Origin: Fidelibacterota bacterium TCS56 | Lineage (GTDB): Bacteria > Fidelibacterota > Marinisomatia > Marinisomatales > TCS56 | DNA length: 49,630 nucleotides | Reading direction: 5' to 3' | Assembly: GCA_001577055.1 (NCBI GenBank) | Contig: LSCG01000002.1 | Coordinates: 1-49,630, forward strand | In this document: positions 38,813 through 48,218 of the stretch, piece by piece | How positions within the stretch are numbered: position 1 is the stretch's first letter | Layout: the number at the start of each line of letters is the position of its first letter | Made by a program: the position numbers and the translations under genes | Notes under the pieces: generated by a model | Databases searched by the model: none | What the model saw: the letters and a program-made list of their open reading frames with translations, nothing else | Told to the model about the DNA's origin: nothing

Positions 38813-39390
38813 AATTATGCCTGTTTGGTGGTACCTTTGATCCACCACACATCGGTCATTTGCTGATCGCCCAGACAATTTTTGAAGCGGAGCATTTTGA
38901 TCAGGTGGTCTTTATACCGGCCTTTCAACCACCTCACAAACAGGCTGATCAGTTAACTGATGTCAAACATCGACTGGCCATGTTGGAGTTGGCTACGGTG
39001 GAAAATCCCCATTTCAGGATCTCGGAAGCGGAGATCGAACGACAGGGAATCTCTTATTCAATTGATACGGTACTGGATTTTAAAAAGCGTTATAGTCTGG
39101 CGGCCAACGACTTGTATTTCCTGATCGGCAGTGATACCCTGCCCAATGTAATCAACTGGAAAGAACCGCGGAAATTGATTGAGGAATGCCGGGTTATTGT
39201 CGCTATCCGGCCCGGCTTTCGTCCCAGCGATATTCCTTCATGGTTGCTGAAGACCGTACGATTTGCCAATATCCCGCGTTTCGAGATCTCATCATCAGTC
39301 ATTCGTAACCGCTGGCGGGAGGACAAGACCATCCGTTACATGGTTACCCAGTCAGTATGGGAATATATCAATCGACATAACTTATATTAA
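38809..39390 (+). CDS. nadD: Nicotinate-nucleotide adenylyltransferase
   Basis: 193 aa with LFGGTFDPPHIGHL (HxGH), SYSIDT and ISSSVIRNR motifs. ATGA overlap with bamD. Confidence 0.9.
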   Translation: MKLCLFGGTFDPPHIGHLLIAQTIFEAEHFDQVVFIPAFQPPHKQADQLTDVKHRLAMLELATVENPHFRISEAEIERQGISYSIDTVLDFKKRYSLAANDLYFLIGSDTLPNVINWKEPRKLIEECRVIVAIRPGFRPSDIPSWLLKTVRFANIPRFEISSSVIRNRWREDKTIRYMVTQSVWEYINRHNLY

Positions 39391-39393
39391 GCG

Positions 39394-40317
39394 ATGCTGA
39401 TAAGCTTTCTCTGGCTGATTATCGGTGGCCTGCTGCTGTATCTGGGGGCCGAGTGGATGGTGCGGGGCGGATCAAACCTGGCCGGGAGAATGGGTGTTTC
39501 CCCGCTGGTTATCGGACTGACGGTTGTGGCTTTCGGCACCTCATTGCCGGAATTAATGGTCAGTCTGGTGGCGGTCATCGGTGGGAGGGAGTCTATCGCC
39601 ATCGGTAATGTAATTGGATCCAATATTGCCAACGTGGGACTGGTATTGGGAGTAAGCTCGCTGATATTTCCAATATCCGTGGCCTATCTTACCATTGCCC
39701 GTGAAATTAAAATTTATCTGGCCGTGATGGCGGTATTTGTGCTGGTCTGTGCGGATCTGATTATCACCCGCTGGGAGGGAGCATTATTATTTCTCTTTCT
39801 CATTTCATACACCGTTATGCATATTAAGCATCCGCCATTGGATTATGAGAAACCGCGCAGTGATCACAGTACGGTTCCTCGCAGCTTGCTGCTGGTAATA
39901 CTGGGTATCGCATTATTGACCTATGGCGCCGATTTGTTTGTAAAGGGTGCGGTCGAACTGGCCACGCTGCTGGGAATTCCCGAGGTGGTAATCGGGATGA
40001 CAATTGTGGCTCTGGGTACATCACTTCCAGAGCTGGCAACTTCGGTCGTGGCGGCTTTTCGCCGGGAAAGCGGTATCTCGATCGGCAATATTATCGGATC
40101 AAATCTCTTCAATATCCTGTCGGTGATCGGATTGGTCTCGATGGTACGCCCCATGCATGTGGAAGGACATGTACTTTCGCTGGAACTACCGCTGATGATT
40201 GCCTTTGGCATCGTCCTGTTTCCAATTACCCGCATGCGTCAACCGATACCGCGCACTTCCGCATTGATTTTATTACTGGGCTACCTGGGAGTAATGGTCT
40301 GGATGTTTTATTCCTAG
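39394..40317 (+). CDS. CaCA-family sodium/calcium exchanger (YrbG-like)
   Basis: 307 aa and polytopic, with two alpha-repeats: GTSLPELMVSLVA...GNVIGSNIANV and GTSLPELATSVVA...GNIIGSNLFNIL. Confidence 0.85.
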   Translation: MLISFLWLIIGGLLLYLGAEWMVRGGSNLAGRMGVSPLVIGLTVVAFGTSLPELMVSLVAVIGGRESIAIGNVIGSNIANVGLVLGVSSLIFPISVAYLTIAREIKIYLAVMAVFVLVCADLIITRWEGALLFLFLISYTVMHIKHPPLDYEKPRSDHSTVPRSLLLVILGIALLTYGADLFVKGAVELATLLGIPEVVIGMTIVALGTSLPELATSVVAAFRRESGISIGNIIGSNLFNILSVIGLVSMVRPMHVEGHVLSLELPLMIAFGIVLFPITRMRQPIPRTSALILLLGYLGVMVWMFYS

Positions 40318-40384
40318 ACCAATTCGGGTGTATATTTCCAGCGGTGAATATTCCACGAGATAACTGATTGTACGGCAATGAATT

Positions 40385-41035
40385 ATGATCACGCTTGAAG
40401 ACGTTTCTTACTCCTACAAAAAATGGATAGGCGTCAGTGACGTAAATCTGCGAATCGAATCGGGCGAATACACGTATATCATCGGTCCCACCGGATCGGG
40501 GAAAACCACCCTGATGCGGTTGATTTACCTGGATCTAAAACCTGACAGTGGCCGGGTTTTAATTGAGGGTTTGGATACTAATAAAGCTAAACGGCGACAT
40601 ATTCCCAAGATTCGGCGGCGTATTGGCATGATTTTCCAGGAATATAACCTGCTGGAGGATCGTAACCTGTTTGCCAACGTGGCCCTGCCGCTGCATGTTT
40701 TGGGTCAACCGCGCAAAGAAATTAAAGCCTCAGTGGATGCGATCCTGAATGAATTAGGATTATACAGTAAAAGCAGTCACATGCCCAATGAACTTTCCGG
40801 TGGCGAACAGCAGCGGGCCTGTATCGCCCGGGCCCTGGTGAAGAAGCCCGATATTATCCTGGCGGATGAACCAACCGGCAATCTGGATCCCATAACAGCC
40901 TACGATTTAATGGAATTATTGGATCAGATAAATGGACGCGGTACGGCCATATTCATGGCTTCTCATAATTATACCCTGATTCGCGATCGCGGCCATCGCA
41001 TTATCCAGATACAGGAAGGCAAGCTGAGAACCTGA
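40385..41035 (+). CDS. ftsE: Cell-division ABC ATPase FtsE
   Basis: 216 aa with Walker [10 protein letters not shown], signature LSGGEQQR, Walker [12 protein letters not shown] and H-loop SHN. It is followed by ftsX. Confidence 0.9.
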   Translation: MITLEDVSYSYKKWIGVSDVNLRIESGEYTYIIGPTGSGKTTLMRLIYLDLKPDSGRVLIEGLDTNKAKRRHIPKIRRRIGMIFQEYNLLEDRNLFANVALPLHVLGQPRKEIKASVDAILNELGLYSKSSHMPNELSGGEQQRACIARALVKKPDIILADEPTGNLDPITAYDLMELLDQINGRGTAIFMASHNYTLIRDRGHRIIQIQEGKLRT

Positions 41036-41037
41036 TC

Positions 41038-41907
41038 ATGGATAAATTAGTATTTCTCATCGCTGAAGGCTTCAAGAATATCTGGCGGTTTAAACTCTCC
41101 ACCCTGACCTCTATTTTTTCCGTTTTCATGACGCTGTATTTAATCGGATTGCTGTTTGTGATCGGCGACAATTCGCAGAAATTGATTGTGTATCTGCGCT
41201 CCAAGTACAAGATAGAAGTATTTTACCGGCCGGACGTTTCTGATCGACAGGCACAGGCCATAACCCAGGAAATTCAAAAAATCCCCGGCGTCCGTTCCAC
41301 CACGGTAATTACCCGCGCCGACGCCGCCCGTATATTCGAGCAGCAGTTCGGCAATGATATCATGGATATCCTGGATGAAAACCCTTTGCCGGCCAGTGCC
41401 GTTGTCAATATCAGCCGTACCCAAACCGCTTCCATTGATATTGCGCCCATAATCAGCGCCATCGAAAATGTGGATGGTGTGGACGATGTCAATTTCCAGG
41501 GGCGGTTGATAAATCGGATTGAGCGCTATTATGAATTGATCTACCAGGGGATTACCATAGCCGCCGCCGTAATTCTGCTGGTGACCATCTCAATTATTTC
41601 CAATACGATCAAGTTGACCTTCTATATCCGGTCCGATTTAGTCAAAGCTTTGCAACTGGTGGGAGCCAGTCGAACATTTATTCGCATCCCGTTTCTGATC
41701 GACGGTTTGCTTCAAGGACTAACGGGCGCAATTCTGGCAACGGCAGCGCTATACGGAACAATTTATACCGGCAATCATTTTATTGCGATGATCACCAGCC
41801 GGGTACGGATATCCGGTGATTATTTTATCGGTCTGTGGCTGATAACAGCGGCGCTGTTAATCGGATTGATCGGCGCCAGCCGGGCCACGGCAAAATTACT
41901 GAAGTAA
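41038..41907 (+). CDS. ftsX: Cell-division permease-like protein FtsX
   Basis: 289 aa with one N-terminal TM, a periplasmic domain (YRPDVSDRQAQAITQEIQKIPGV) and three C-terminal TMs with LVGASRTFIRIPFLIDG. Confidence 0.85.
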   Translation: MDKLVFLIAEGFKNIWRFKLSTLTSIFSVFMTLYLIGLLFVIGDNSQKLIVYLRSKYKIEVFYRPDVSDRQAQAITQEIQKIPGVRSTTVITRADAARIFEQQFGNDIMDILDENPLPASAVVNISRTQTASIDIAPIISAIENVDGVDDVNFQGRLINRIERYYELIYQGITIAAAVILLVTISIISNTIKLTFYIRSDLVKALQLVGASRTFIRIPFLIDGLLQGLTGAILATAALYGTIYTGNHFIAMITSRVRISGDYFIGLWLITAALLIGLIGASRATAKLLK

Positions 41908-41924
41908 AAGAAACAGTTTTGCTG

Positions 41925-41954
41925 TTGACAGGTTTTTTTATATCATTCTAAAAT
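41925..41954 (+). promoter_or_regulatory. Candidate sigma-70-type promoter for hrcA (TTGACA-N18-TAAAAT)
   Basis: TTGACA at 41925-41930 and TAAAAT at 41949-41954. This would leave only about 8 nt of leader before the hrcA ATG at 41962. Read by eye only, and FCB promoters often differ from this consensus. Confidence 0.25.
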
Positions 41955-41961
41955 TAAGCTT

Positions 41962-42993
41962 ATGATAGACCGTCCTAATGAGAAATTGAGCCAGCGTGAA
42001 CGGCAGGTTCTTAAGGCCATCATAGAAGATTATATCAATTCGATGAATCCAATCGGATCGACGTACCTTAAGAAACAGTATGATTTCAGCCTGTCTTCCG
42101 CTACATTGCGCTCCACAATGGCCAGCCTGGAACACAAGGGAATGCTGACCCATCCCCACACATCCTCTGGCCGTATCCCCACGGACCGGGGCTATCGCTA
42201 TTTCGTGGATCAACTTATCAGTACCGGTGAACAGGATCTTGAATTGTTTATCGATTTACACCAGCATCTGGATATAGTTGGGAATAATGTCGATGATTTA
42301 ATGCGGGCCGCCGCCGGATTACTGGCGCAGATCAGCCGGATGGTCGGCATAGTGATGCTGGGACGCTACAAGGAAAGTATCCTCAAAGACATTGAGCTTG
42401 TCCCCCTTTCCACTGATCGGGTTTTGATGATTCTTGCCATGAAATCCGGGTTGATCCGGTCGATCTCTTTAAATCTCCAGGTTGCCGTCAACCCGGAGAA
42501 ATTGGAAATAGTAGCCAGAATCCTGAAGGAACGATTGATTGACTTAACCCTTAAGCAAATTCATCAATCACTGAAAGATCGTTTAATTGATACCGAGATT
42601 TACCACCATGAGATTGTCCAGATTCTGCTCAATGATCCTGAATATCATTTCTGCAGTCCACAGGATACGGTTATTTATCAATCGACACTCTTGCCGCTGC
42701 TGGAACAGCCTGAATTTCAGGATATTGAGTTATTTCAACAAACGGCCCGTGCCCTCGATTCGGCCGCTTTTCAGGAACACCTGACGGGAATAATCGACGA
42801 CCCGGATAATCATATTTTAATTGGCCGTGAGAATCAGGAGGCCGGTTTGGAGAACTGTTCCCTGATTACCACCAAATTTACCGCGGCTGAATTGACAGGC
42901 CGGCTGGTAGTAGTGGGCCCAACCCGACTGCAATATCGACAGATTTTATTAACACTGGAAAAATTAGCGGAGATTCTACCCGATGTCTGCTGA
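41962..42993 (+). CDS. hrcA: Heat-inducible transcription repressor HrcA
   Basis: 343 aa. LSQRERQVLKAIIEDYINSMNPIGSTYL...SSATLRSTMASLEHKGMLTHPHTSSGRIPTDRGYRYFVD is the HrcA winged-helix signature. Confidence 0.9.
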   Translation: MIDRPNEKLSQRERQVLKAIIEDYINSMNPIGSTYLKKQYDFSLSSATLRSTMASLEHKGMLTHPHTSSGRIPTDRGYRYFVDQLISTGEQDLELFIDLHQHLDIVGNNVDDLMRAAAGLLAQISRMVGIVMLGRYKESILKDIELVPLSTDRVLMILAMKSGLIRSISLNLQVAVNPEKLEIVARILKERLIDLTLKQIHQSLKDRLIDTEIYHHEIVQILLNDPEYHFCSPQDTVIYQSTLLPLLEQPEFQDIELFQQTARALDSAAFQEHLTGIIDDPDNHILIGRENQEAGLENCSLITTKFTAAELTGRLVVVGPTRLQYRQILLTLEKLAEILPDVC

Positions 42994-43555
42994 CGAGCAA
43001 AAAACCACCCAAACTAAAACTACCAAAGCAACCAAGCCCAAAGCCAAAGCAAAAGCGGCACCGAAGAAAACCAAGGCAAAAAAACCCGATAAGAATTTGG
43101 AGAAAATTGCCACTTTGGAATCCGAATTGAAGGCTACGGAAGAAAAATATATTCGTGTGCGTGCGGAGTTCGATAATTACCGCCGTCGTAAAGACCGTGA
43201 ATTTCTGCGTCTGTTGGAATATGAGGGTGAAGCGATAATCAAAGCTGTTCTGCCGGTAATTGACGATCTGGAACGGATGGAAAACGCCATGGCCAATGAC
43301 ACCAAGGCCGCCTCGCCGGCTACCGTGGACGGAATCCGGATGATCACCAGGCGATTTGAGAAAATACTGTCCGAGCGCGGTGTGGAGGCCTATCAGGCGG
43401 TTGGCGAACAACTGGATTCGGAACTACACGACGCCATGATGGTAATGCAGGACGAAAACAAGTCCGACGGAGAAATATTACAGGAACATGAAAAAGGCTA
43501 TAAATACAAGGACAAAGTATTGCGGCACGCGAAAGTGGTTGTTAATAAGATATGA
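42983..43555 (+). CDS. grpE: Nucleotide exchange factor GrpE
   Basis: 190 aa with a Lys/Thr/Ala-rich tail, then [29 protein letters not shown] and [16 protein letters not shown]. Confidence 0.9.
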   Translation: MSADEQKTTQTKTTKATKPKAKAKAAPKKTKAKKPDKNLEKIATLESELKATEEKYIRVRAEFDNYRRRKDREFLRLLEYEGEAIIKAVLPVIDDLERMENAMANDTKAASPATVDGIRMITRRFEKILSERGVEAYQAVGEQLDSELHDAMMVMQDENKSDGEILQEHEKGYKYKDKVLRHAKVVVNKI

Positions 43556-44688
43556 GAGATTTATACGAAGTATTAGGGCTTGAAAAGGGTGCCGGCAGCG
43601 ATGAAATCAAAAAAGCTTATCGCAAAATAGCCATGAAATATCACCCTGATCGTAACCCGGGTGATAATGAAGCCGAGATTAAGTTTAAAGAAGCAGCGGA
43701 AGCTTATGCCGTACTGAAGGATGATCAGAAACGTGCTCAATATGACCAATTCGGGCATGCCGGCGTCGGTATGGGCGACCAGGGTGGCGCTGGTTTTGGC
43801 GGCTTCGGCGGTTTTGGCGGCTTTGATATGTCCGACGCCATGCGAATCTTCATGGATGGTTTCGGTGGTGGCTTCGGCGGCTTTGAAGATTTATTCGGTG
43901 GCGGTGGCCGCCGGCGTCAAACTGTACGCAAAGCCCGGGACATGCGAATTACCCTGAAGTTGGACCTGTCCGATATATATACAGGGGTTGAGAAAAAGGT
44001 TAAAATTAAGCGCAGCGAACCCTGCGATACCTGCAACGGGACGGGCGCCAAACCAGGAACCCACCCCACCAGTTGCCGTCATTGCGGCGGCTCGGGTCAG
44101 GTTCAACAGATGGGGCGCTCCTTGTTTGGTCAATCGGTGGTTGTGCGGGAATGCCCCGTTTGCCAGGGCAGTGGAGAGATGATTGAATCACCCTGCCGGA
44201 GCTGTGGCGGAGAAGGTATCCAGCGTAAAACAGTCGAATTAAAAATCAGCGTTCCACCCGGCGTGGCAACCGGCAATTATATGACGCTGCGCGGTCAGGG
44301 TAACCGCGGCGGTAAAGGCGTAATGAATGGTGACCTGGCGGTTTTTTTCGAAGAAAAAGAACATGAATATTTTACCCGCCACGGCGATGATATTCTAGTG
44401 GAATCCGTAGTCGATTTCTCGCAAGCGGCTCTGGGCGACGAGATTGATATTCCCACTCTGGATGGTAAAGCCAGCTTGAAAATACCGGCCGGTTTGCAGT
44501 CCGGGACTATCCTGCGAATGCGGAAAAAAGGTTTCGTGGAACTAAACGGCCATCATCGCGGGGATCAATTGGTTCGTATTCAGGTAGAAACTCCCAAGAA
44601 AATGACGGCCCATCAGAAAGCGTTGCTGAAGGAATTTGCCCACAAGGAAAAAAGCACACCGAACCGCTTCCGGAAAATAGAAATCTAA
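43552..44688 (+). CDS. dnaJ: Molecular chaperone DnaJ (type I)
   Basis: 378 aa with a J domain (YEVLGL...YHPDRNPGD), a G/F linker ([12 protein letters not shown]) and four CxxCxGxG zinc motifs ([32 protein letters not shown]). Confidence 0.95.
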   Translation: MRDLYEVLGLEKGAGSDEIKKAYRKIAMKYHPDRNPGDNEAEIKFKEAAEAYAVLKDDQKRAQYDQFGHAGVGMGDQGGAGFGGFGGFGGFDMSDAMRIFMDGFGGGFGGFEDLFGGGGRRRQTVRKARDMRITLKLDLSDIYTGVEKKVKIKRSEPCDTCNGTGAKPGTHPTSCRHCGGSGQVQQMGRSLFGQSVVVRECPVCQGSGEMIESPCRSCGGEGIQRKTVELKISVPPGVATGNYMTLRGQGNRGGKGVMNGDLAVFFEEKEHEYFTRHGDDILVESVVDFSQAALGDEIDIPTLDGKASLKIPAGLQSGTILRMRKKGFVELNGHHRGDQLVRIQVETPKKMTAHQKALLKEFAHKEKSTPNRFRKIEI

Positions 44689-45101
44689 TGTCAAAACTGA
44701 CCGCACAGGAAAGAACCATAATCAAATTTCTCTCCGGGGTATTGATTGTGGGAGCCGGTGTGGGCTTATACCGAAATTATTTTTCCCGGGATGATCAATT
44801 GATACTGGCCGCCGACCGGCACATTGAATCTTTGACCAATGCCATCGATTCGGTAAAATCAAGCGGAATTGACTTATCCGGGAGCATGGGAGATACTACC
44901 TTATTGCTGGTCAATATTAATACCGCCTCCATGCGGGAGTTGGAATCATTACCGAAAATTGGTCCGGTGACCGCAGAAAGGATTATACGTTATCGGGCAG
45001 ATTTTGGTAATTTCACCGACCTTGATCAATTGAAAAATGTCAAAGGCATAGGACCAAAGACGATGGATCAACTCCGATCGTTGATAACCTTGAGAGACTA
45101 A
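44688..45101 (+). CDS. ComEA-like helix-hairpin-helix DNA-binding protein
   Basis: 137 aa with an N-terminal TM and a tandem HhH: VNINTASMRELESLPKIGPVTAERIIRYR...FTDLDQLKNVKGIGPKTMDQL. Confidence 0.8.
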   Translation: MSKLTAQERTIIKFLSGVLIVGAGVGLYRNYFSRDDQLILAADRHIESLTNAIDSVKSSGIDLSGSMGDTTLLLVNINTASMRELESLPKIGPVTAERIIRYRADFGNFTDLDQLKNVKGIGPKTMDQLRSLITLRD

Positions 45102-45110
45102 AGGCTAAAA

Positions 45111-45854
45111 ATGAGTTACAAGAAAAAGCAATTTCTGAACGATGGGCTGGAGTTTATCATAATTTTTGCAGCCATTTTTATGCTCCTGTCAATTTATATC
45201 CCCCTCGGTATCTGGGCCGAAGAAGACGCCATCACCAAGAAAAGTCAGTTCAGAATGCAGACCGTATTTGAAATTGAAGATTTCTACCACCAGTTAGTCG
45301 GTGAATTCTCAGAAGATCCCCTGTGGGCGATGAAGGTTGTTAATGCGGTGCGCGACTCATTAACGGCTGACTCCACCTATCTGGATCAACAGACTCTGAT
45401 CCTGGAGAACCGACAGATTCCGATTACGATTCCCAACAGTTTTGATGTTGTCTATGATACGACTTTCGGTTTCATTGGTGAACGGAAAGATACCATCCGC
45501 TATACCCGCTACACGGTGGTGACTTTCTCGCCGACCAGAAATGTTAATGATACATTATACGTGACGAAAAAGGATCTGCCAGAACTGCAGGAAAATCCCA
45601 ATTTTGTGGGGATCGCCAGTGAAGATCCGGCCCAAAGAGTCGAGGCAATCACTTATTATGATTCCTACCGACCTGATTCATCTTATTTTTTCTGTCCGAT
45701 CTCCAAAGATCCTTTTGAGATCAATATTGAAGACGGACTAAAAGTAGCCAGTCCGATTGAGGAAGAAATCAAGGAACGGCGTTTCCTGATTTTCTCATTT
45801 AAAGCTCGCAATCACGGATATATTGAAGACGGAGTTCCAAGCTGGGAAAGCTGA
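45111..45854 (+). CDS. Hypothetical N-terminally anchored protein
   Basis: 247 aa. MSYKKKQFLNDG-LEFIIIFAAIFMLLSIYIPLGIW is followed by a soluble domain with no motif I recognise. It is in line with comEA and followed by a strong terminator. Confidence 0.5.
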   Translation: MSYKKKQFLNDGLEFIIIFAAIFMLLSIYIPLGIWAEEDAITKKSQFRMQTVFEIEDFYHQLVGEFSEDPLWAMKVVNAVRDSLTADSTYLDQQTLILENRQIPITIPNSFDVVYDTTFGFIGERKDTIRYTRYTVVTFSPTRNVNDTLYVTKKDLPELQENPNFVGIASEDPAQRVEAITYYDSYRPDSSYFFCPISKDPFEINIEDGLKVASPIEEEIKERRFLIFSFKARNHGYIEDGVPSWES

Positions 45855-45888
45855 TACAAACAGGAACCTAACCGGATTTTTTCAACCG

Positions 45889-45917
45889 CAGCGATCTGTC
45901 AACAGGTCGCTGTTTTT
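45889..45917 (+). terminator. Rho-independent terminator
   Basis: CAGCGATCTG-TCAA-CAGGTCGCTG forms a 10-bp stem (one G-U) with a 4-nt loop, followed directly by TTTTT. It lies 35 nt after the stop at 45854. Confidence 0.6.
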
Positions 45918-45920
45918 ACT

Positions 45921-46439
45921 ATGCAGATTATCACCGGACAATTTAAAGGTCGTAAAATCAAGACCCGCTCAGGGATGCGGTACCGTCCCACCACCGGCTT
46001 GATTCGAAAAAGCGTGTTTGATATTATCGGACCTTTAAGCGGGAAATCATTTCTGGATCTGTTCGCCGGCAGTGGGATTATGGGCTTTGAAGCCCTGAGC
46101 CGCGGTGCAGCACCCGTATCTTTAATTGAACGGGATCGTAAAACAGTTTATCTGCTGCGGGAGAATGCCGACCGGTTGGGAACCGGCGAAACTCAAATCA
46201 TTGCTGCGGATGTTTTTCGTCATTTCAGGCGCCTCGGTCAATGGGATATCATTTTCGCCGATCCGCCTTATGGCCAAGTTGATTTAGAAGCTCTAATCCC
46301 ACAGGCAGTCTCACATTTGACGGACGATGGAATCTTTGTCCTGGAATCGTCCGGCGATGATAAATTACCACCGGGCCATTTCCGTGAAAAACGGGTTGGC
46401 GGTACATCAGTAACATTTTGGGAGAAACAAAATGCGTAA
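45921..46439 (+). CDS. rsmD: 16S rRNA (guanine966-N2)-methyltransferase RsmD
   Basis: 172 aa with MQIITGQFKGRKI...RPTTGLIRKSVFDI, LDLFAGSG and IIFADPPY motifs. Confidence 0.85.
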   Translation: MQIITGQFKGRKIKTRSGMRYRPTTGLIRKSVFDIIGPLSGKSFLDLFAGSGIMGFEALSRGAAPVSLIERDRKTVYLLRENADRLGTGETQIIAADVFRHFRRLGQWDIIFADPPYGQVDLEALIPQAVSHLTDDGIFVLESSGDDKLPPGHFREKRVGGTSVTFWEKQNA

Positions 46440-46908
46440 GGTTATTTATCCCGGTACTTTCGATCCGGTGACCTACGGACACATGGATATCGCGAAAAGG
46501 GCGGCGAAATTATTCGATGAAGTCATCTTTGTCGTGGCGGTAAATCCAACCAAGCAACCCCTGTTTTCCGTGGAAGAACGGGTATATTTACTCCGGGAAG
46601 CCATCGGTGAACTAGACAATGCCACTGTCACATCATCAGAGAAATTGATAGCCGAATTTGCCCGGGAAAACTCCGCCGTGGCCCTGATCCGCGGGCTGCG
46701 ACATGTGAGTGATTTCGAATACGAATTTCAGATGGCGATGATGAATTACCATCTTAATCCGGATGTGTCAACTATCCTGCTGATACCGGATGAGAAATAC
46801 ATTCATCTCAATTCCACCGTGATTAAAGATATCGTGCGCCTGGGAGGCGATGTGCAGGAATATATTCCTGCCGTTGTCCATCGGGCGATAAAGGATAAAT
46901 TCAGTTAA
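46432..46908 (+). CDS. coaD: Phosphopantetheine adenylyltransferase
   Basis: 158 aa with YPGTFDPVTYGHMDI, LIRGLRHVSDFEYE and ISSTVIK-like (LNSTVIKDI) motifs. Confidence 0.92.
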   Translation: MRKVIYPGTFDPVTYGHMDIAKRAAKLFDEVIFVVAVNPTKQPLFSVEERVYLLREAIGELDNATVTSSEKLIAEFARENSAVALIRGLRHVSDFEYEFQMAMMNYHLNPDVSTILLIPDEKYIHLNSTVIKDIVRLGGDVQEYIPAVVHRAIKDKFS

Positions 46909-46940
46909 CTGTTCCGTGCACTAAATAAAGGACTGATACG

Positions 46941-47234
46941 ATGCCGACTTATGATTACCGTTGCACGGTGTGTGGCTATGTTTTCGAACATTTTCAATCC
47001 ATGTTCGATGAACCGCTAAAAGCCTGTCCCCGTTGTCAATCGGAAGTAAAACGGGTGATTAGCGGTGGCAGTGGATTGATCTTCAAAGGATCGGGGTTTT
47101 ATATCACCGATTATAAATCGAAACCCGTTGACACCGACAGAAAAAGCGAATCTGGTTCAAAGAAAACCACTGCGAAAGCAAATTCCGGGAAAACCAAATC
47201 GGCAAAAGCCACCGCGGATAAAAAAGCAAAATAA
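46941..47234 (+). CDS. FmdB-family zinc-ribbon protein with Lys-rich tail
   Basis: MPTYDYRCTVCGYVFE...CPRCQSEVKRVISG has the CxxC...CxxC ribbon typical of FmdB/CxxC_CxxC_SSSS. The C-terminal tail is K/S/T/A-rich. Confidence 0.8.
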   Translation: MPTYDYRCTVCGYVFEHFQSMFDEPLKACPRCQSEVKRVISGGSGLIFKGSGFYITDYKSKPVDTDRKSESGSKKTTAKANSGKTKSAKATADKKAK

Positions 47235-47240
47235 AGTATC

Positions 47241-48218
47241 ATGTTTATTGATTACGCCAAAATTGAATTAGCAGCCGGTGACGGGGGCGCCGGAGCAGTC
47301 AGTTTCCGCCGGGAGAAATTTATCCCCAAAGGCGGTCCCGATGGCGGTGACGGAGGGCAGGGCGGTAATATTGTATTTAAGGTCAATAACCAGTTGAATA
47401 CCCTGCAGGATTTCAAATACCGGAGCAACTACCAGGCGGAAAAGGGTCAGCAGGGTCGATCGGGATTAAAAACCGGGCGCAATGGCCGGGATATCGTCAT
47501 TCCCGTACCAGTGGGGACGGTGATCAAAGATTGCAATAATGGTCGTTTGGTAGCGGACATGGTCATTGACCGGGAGGAATTGATAATTTGCCGGGGTGGT
47601 AAAGGAGGGCGGGGGAATGTCCATTTTAAATCACCTACCAACCAGGCGCCGCGCTACGCCCAACCGGGACTGGCGGGTGAAAGCGGGAGTTTTGAGATCG
47701 AATTGAAGGTTCTGGCCGATGTGGGTCTGGTTGGCCTGCCCAATGCAGGAAAATCGACCCTGATTTCTGTGCTGTCCTCAGCCAAACCCAAGATTGCCGA
47801 TTATCCCTTTACCACTTTGGAACCGAACCTTGGAATAGTAAAATACGGCAATTATCAATCATTCGTGATGGCCGATATCCCCGGTCTGATTGAAGGGGCC
47901 AGCGAAGGGAAGGGACTGGGACATAAATTTCTCAAGCATGTGGAGCGAACCGGTATTCTGGTGTTCTTAATCGATGGTACCGCAGACAAACCGCGCCAGG
48001 TTTATGAAATATTGAATAATGAATTATTACGGCACAATCCGGATATGCACCTGAAGAAGCAAATTATTGTCCGCACTAAAATGGATATTGTGAATTCTTC
48101 ATCCGATCGGGATCCCTGGCTGGAATTCGACCGGGAATATTTAGAGATATCCGCCGTCACCAACCGGGGACTTGGTGTGTTAATCAATTCTATCACCAAA
48201 ATTCTGAATGGAAACTGA
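47241..48218 (+). CDS. obg: GTPase Obg (short form, no C-terminal extension domain)
   Basis: 325 aa. The Obg fold is FIDYAKIELAAGDGGAGAVSFRREKFIPKGGPDGGDGGQGG. G1 is GLPNAGKST, G3 is DIPGLIEGA and G4 is TKMD. Confidence 0.92.
   Translation: MFIDYAKIELAAGDGGAGAVSFRREKFIPKGGPDGGDGGQGGNIVFKVNNQLNTLQDFKYRSNYQAEKGQQGRSGLKTGRNGRDIVIPVPVGTVIKDCNNGRLVADMVIDREELIICRGGKGGRGNVHFKSPTNQAPRYAQPGLAGESGSFEIELKVLADVGLVGLPNAGKSTLISVLSSAKPKIADYPFTTLEPNLGIVKYGNYQSFVMADIPGLIEGASEGKGLGHKFLKHVERTGILVFLIDGTADKPRQVYEILNNELLRHNPDMHLKKQIIVRTKMDIVNSSSDRDPWLEFDREYLEISAVTNRGLGVLINSITKILNGN

Noticed and set aside
42995-43100. Low-complexity AAA/ACC/GCA-rich stretch at the grpE 5' end
   Set aside because: It encodes a Lys/Thr/Ala-rich disordered N-terminal tail, which is common in GrpE. 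It is not a repeat element.
43780-43925. Tandem GGC-TTC/GGT-TTT repeats ([12 protein letters not shown]) that look like a microsatellite
   Set aside because: This is the normal Gly/Phe-rich linker of type I DnaJ and is in frame within the gene.
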